A stretch of DNA of 64,000 bases from Azolla caroliniana (lineage: Eukaryota > Plantae > Polypodiophyta). A program made the translations under genes and the position numbers. Below, in pieces: positions 60,246-64,000 of this stretch (position 1 is its first letter; every line of letters begins with the position of its first letter). The DNA lies in the NCBI GenBank assembly GCA_043228905.1, contig JBHGNT010000001.1, positions 19,530,001-19,594,000 of the forward strand, read 5' to 3'. The notes below the pieces were generated by a model. That model saw nothing but the letters and a program-made list of their open reading frames with translations. It was not told the DNA's origin and did no database searches.

Positions 60246-60597
60246 CATGGGTGAAAACATGCGAGTGGAAACAATTAGCTATGTCCTTGACATAGCTACT
60301 TAGCTATGCAAAAAGCTACCATTGATAAATAGTCATTTTTGCAAAAAGCTACCATTAATAAATTAGCTATGCAAAAAGCTACCATTGAAAATAGTAGAGA
60401 GTTTTAATTATATAAATGAGCACCATAAATGTGCAACATAAACGTGCAACATAAATTGATATGTGCACCATAAATTATATATTGAATTCCTAGGTCCATT
60501 ATGCATGATCCTTTGCCACATCACGTGGGCCATCTTTGGTTGAGTATTCTGGCTTAGATTACTACCACTGTTGCTAAACCCTATTGAGTCCACTCCT

Positions 60598-61445
60598 CCA
60601 TAGCCGCCATTCTACACTCAGTTACCGACACTGAGTGGTCCAAGTATCATCTGCCACTGTTTGATTTGACGGAGTTCACTCCTCCATTGCCGCCATTGTA
60701 CACTCAGTTGCCGCTACTGTGAAGGTCGTATATTGCTGCCACTTTTCGATCTGACGGAGTTAACTCCTTCTCCACTGCCACCATTCTACTCTCAGTTGCC
60801 ATCACTGTGCGTTCCAAGCATCATCTACCACTGTTCGATCTGACGAAGTTCACTCCTCCATTGCCATCATTCTACACTCAGTTGCCGCTACTATTCGGTG
60901 ACCGGTCCTGGATTGCTGGCACTTTTCGATTTGACAGAGTTTAGTCATCCATTGCGATCATTCTACACTTAGTTGCCGCTACTGTTCGATCGTGTATTGT
61001 TGCCACTTTTCGATCTGAGGGAGTTCACTACTTCTCCATTTCCGCCATTGTACTCTCAATTGTCGTCACTGTGCATTCTAAGCATCATCTGCCATAGTTT
61101 GATTTGACGGAGTTCACTCATCCATTGCCATCATTCTACACTTAGTTGCCGCTACTGTTCGGTGGTGTATTGCTGCCACTTTTCGATCCGAAGGAGTTCA
61201 CTCCTTCTCCACTACTGCCATTCTACTCTCAGTTGTTGTCATTGTGCGTTCCAAGCACCATTTGCCACTATTCGATCCGACAGAATTCACTCCTCCATTG
61301 CCATCCTTCTACACTCAGTTGCCGCCATTGTTCGGTCCTGGATCGTCAAAACTGTTCGATCAAACGGAGTTCACTCCTCCACTACCGCCATTCTACACTC
61401 AGTTGCCGCCACTATTCGGCCCTAGATTACCGCCATTGTTTAGTC
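60598..61445 (+). repeat. Degenerate tandem array of ~65-85-bp units
   Basis: Recurrent CCACTGTTCGATCTGACGGAGTTCACTCCTCCATTGCCGCCATTCTACACTCAGTTGCCGC. Confidence 0.9.
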
Positions 61446-61603
61446 TTGGATTTGAATAACTATTCTGTCTATTGATTATCTTGTGTATTGTTCTATATAA
61501 TCTTGTGTATTGCGGAATATTTTTGTGTATAGTTGTTGCCCATAGCCATCTTTAATACGTGTCTTTTTTTCGGGAAAATTAGGGTTTAAACCCGTCAAGC
61601 CAA

Positions 61604-62368
61604 ATGGAAGGGGAAGGAGGGTGTTTAGAATTACCCCTCAATGATCATCAGGATAGGGATGATGCTATCAGGACACAACAAGTGATACGAAAGTATTGGG
61701 CAGAAAAAAAAAGAAAACATCGTCAATTGTTGAAGGATATGAAAGCCACACTCACTAAAGGTAAAGATAGTATTGGTTGGGATATAGGTCTAAATATCAC
61801 TGAGAATGGAAGTAATGAGACTACTATCATAGAGAGAAAGGTTGTAGACAATTTCAATGTTCAAACCAAGCACATCAACAATGAAGACAAGAAGGTAATA
61901 CTTTATGGAATATTGAATGATCCATCGATAAAGGACTTAGTTGATTGTGATGGTCTTAATGGAAACATAACATCTGTACTAGTAAATAATCTCCGTAATA
62001 GTTTCATATCCATGAGCAGGTCAGAAGATGATCTTGTCTTAAAAAGGTCTAGTCTAATGATGTTACTTAATAGTGATGTTGACGATATTATCAGTGTGCT
62101 ATCTAATCTAAGGTAATTGGTGTTAGTAGAAAAAGTGTGTACAATACATTGAGCCGAATAGTTTCCTCGGGTGAAGGAACCAGTCTGCTAAAGCTAACAA
62201 CAAGATGTAAGCCAACGACACCCATAACATCAGAAATCAAGGATATAATCACAATATTTTGGACTAATGAGAGTAGGGTTTCACCCAATAAGAAGGATTT
62301 ATGCAGGAAACGTGTTGGAAGGAGTCAATACGAGGAGCATCCCATTCATCTTCTTGATGTACCTCAGG
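61604..62368 (+). pseudogene. Putative DNA-transposon transposase N-terminal exon (frameshifted)
   Basis: ORFs 61604-62116 and 62137-62415. The motif FWTNESRVSPNKKDLCRKR..YEEHPIHLLD is followed by CAG|GTAC. The family is recalled only loosely. Confidence 0.45.
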
Positions 62369-62449
62369 TACTTACATTTATCTCAACATTTGTTTTGACT
62401 TTTGAGCTTAGTTAGTTAGCTTATTAGTTACCCTTGAATATGACCATAA

Positions 62450-63785
62450 CCGAATAGCTAATTACCTACCTCAGAATATGCCCATAGCTAACTAGCTACC
62501 AGTAATAGCTAATTAGCTCCCTAAGTATATCAAAATAGCTAATTAGCGGAGTATGGTATTAGCTAATTAGCTACCACTTAGCTACTGTACTAAACTATGG
62601 TAGTAGCTAATTAGCTACCACTTAGCTAATGTATTAAACTATGGTAGTAGCTAATTAGCTACTCAACTAAAGTTTGATAGTAGCTAATTAGCTACCACTT
62701 AGCTAATTAGCTACTCAACTAAAGTTTGATAGTAGCTAATTAGCTACTATACGAAACTATGGTAGTAGCTAATTAGCTACCACTTTGCTAATTAGCTACT
62801 CAACTAAAGTATGGTAGTCCCTAATTAGCTACCACTTAGCTAATTAGCTATTGTACTAAACTATGGTAGTACCTAATTAGCTACCACTTAGCTAATTAGC
62901 TATTGTACTAAACTATGGTAGTCCCTAATTAGCTACCACTTTGCTAATTAGCTACTGTACTAAACTATGGTAGTCGCTAATTAGCTACCTCTCAGCTAAT
63001 TAGCTATTGTACTAAACTATGGTAGTCACTAATTAGCTACCACTCAGCTAATTAGCTACTATACTAAACTATGGTAGTAACTAATTAGCTAATGTACTAA
63101 ACTATGGTAGTAGCTAAATAACTACCACTTACATAATTAGTTACTTTGCTAAAGTATGGTAGTAGCTAATTAGCTAACTGGTAGCTAATTAGCTACTGTA
63201 CTAAACAATGGTAGTAGCTAATTATCTACCACTTAGCTAATTAGCTATTGTACAAAACTATGGTAGTAGCTAATTAGCTATTGTATTAAACTATGGTAGT
63301 AGCTAATTAGCGAAGTGGTAGCTAATTAGCTACTACACTAAACTATGATAGTAGCTAATTAGCTACCACTTACCTAATTAGCTATTGCACTAAACTATGG
63401 TAGTAGCTAATTAGCTACCACTTAGCTAATTAACGATTGTACTAAACTATGGTAGTAGCTAATTAGCTACCAATTAGCTAATTAGCTATTGTACTAAACT
63501 ATGGTAGTAGCTAATTAGCTACCAGTTAGCTAATTAGCTACTGTACTAAACTATGGTAGTAGCTAATTAGCTACTGCACTAAACTATGGTAGTAGCTAAT
63601 TAGCTTCCACTTAGCTAATTAGCTACTCAGCTGAAGTATGGCAGTAGCTAATTAGCTATTGTAGTAAACTATGATAGCAGCTAATTAGCTAAGTGGTAGC
63701 TAATTAGCTACTCAGCTAAAGTATGGTAGTAGCTAATTAGCTACCACTTAGCTAATTAACTACATGTTAGGTAATTAGCTGCTAC
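62450..63785. repeat. Palindrome-rich satellite built on TAGCTAATTAGCTA
   Basis: Dozens of copies alternate with CCACT and TTGTACTAAACTATGGTAG spacers. Confidence 0.97.
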
Positions 63786-64000
63786 ACTACAACCATAATA
63801 GCTAAATAGTTTCCACACTTTATACAGCTTACCTAATTCGCAATAATGGAACTAATTAGTTACACTATGGTCACAAGCAACAATTTTACTTGTGTGTTTT
63901 CTCCACTCATCTAGGAGAGCTATACTACAATCCCCCAAACAGAATGCAGCAATGCGACATGCATATTTAAAACAAATGATATGGTATGTGTGCTGGCATG

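Noticed and set aside
60598-61445. Possible CRISPR-like repeat-spacer array
   Set aside because: The context is eukaryotic, the units are degenerate, the intervening parts are themselves repeated rather than unique, and there are no cas genes.

Overview
Eukaryotic land-plant nuclear DNA. It is probably a fern, inferred from the PLS-class PPR gene style and the retroelement families. The window is dominated by nested retrotransposons. Nest 1 (1-18180): a minus-strand Copia (A) is interrupted by Copia B (1074-6926, TSD ATGAT) and by a deletion-fused pair of plus-strand Copias, C and D (7128-16012). Nest 2 (about 19300-44337): a LINE fragment contains Copia E (19837-43890, TSD TTGTA). E contains Gypsy F (20941-39117), which has an extra ~1000-codon 3' ORF and a 389-bp flanking duplication instead of a TSD. 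F contains a very young Gypsy G (21885-29820) with a 4-bp TSD, a tRNA-Trp PBS, tRNA-like A/B boxes in its LTRs, and a slippery site plus pseudoknot between PR and RT that puts pol in the -2/+1 frame. Further right are an RT-less Copia J (44680-48725, TSD CCCCC) and one apparent host gene, an intronless PLS-E PPR (50839-52944). These are followed by a probable solo LTR with a heat-shock-element array, Copia and Gypsy fragments, and a putative DNA-transposon remnant with palindromic tandem arrays. Letters A-J are my labels. Lineage names come from recalled motifs, not database searches, and divergence counts were made by eye.
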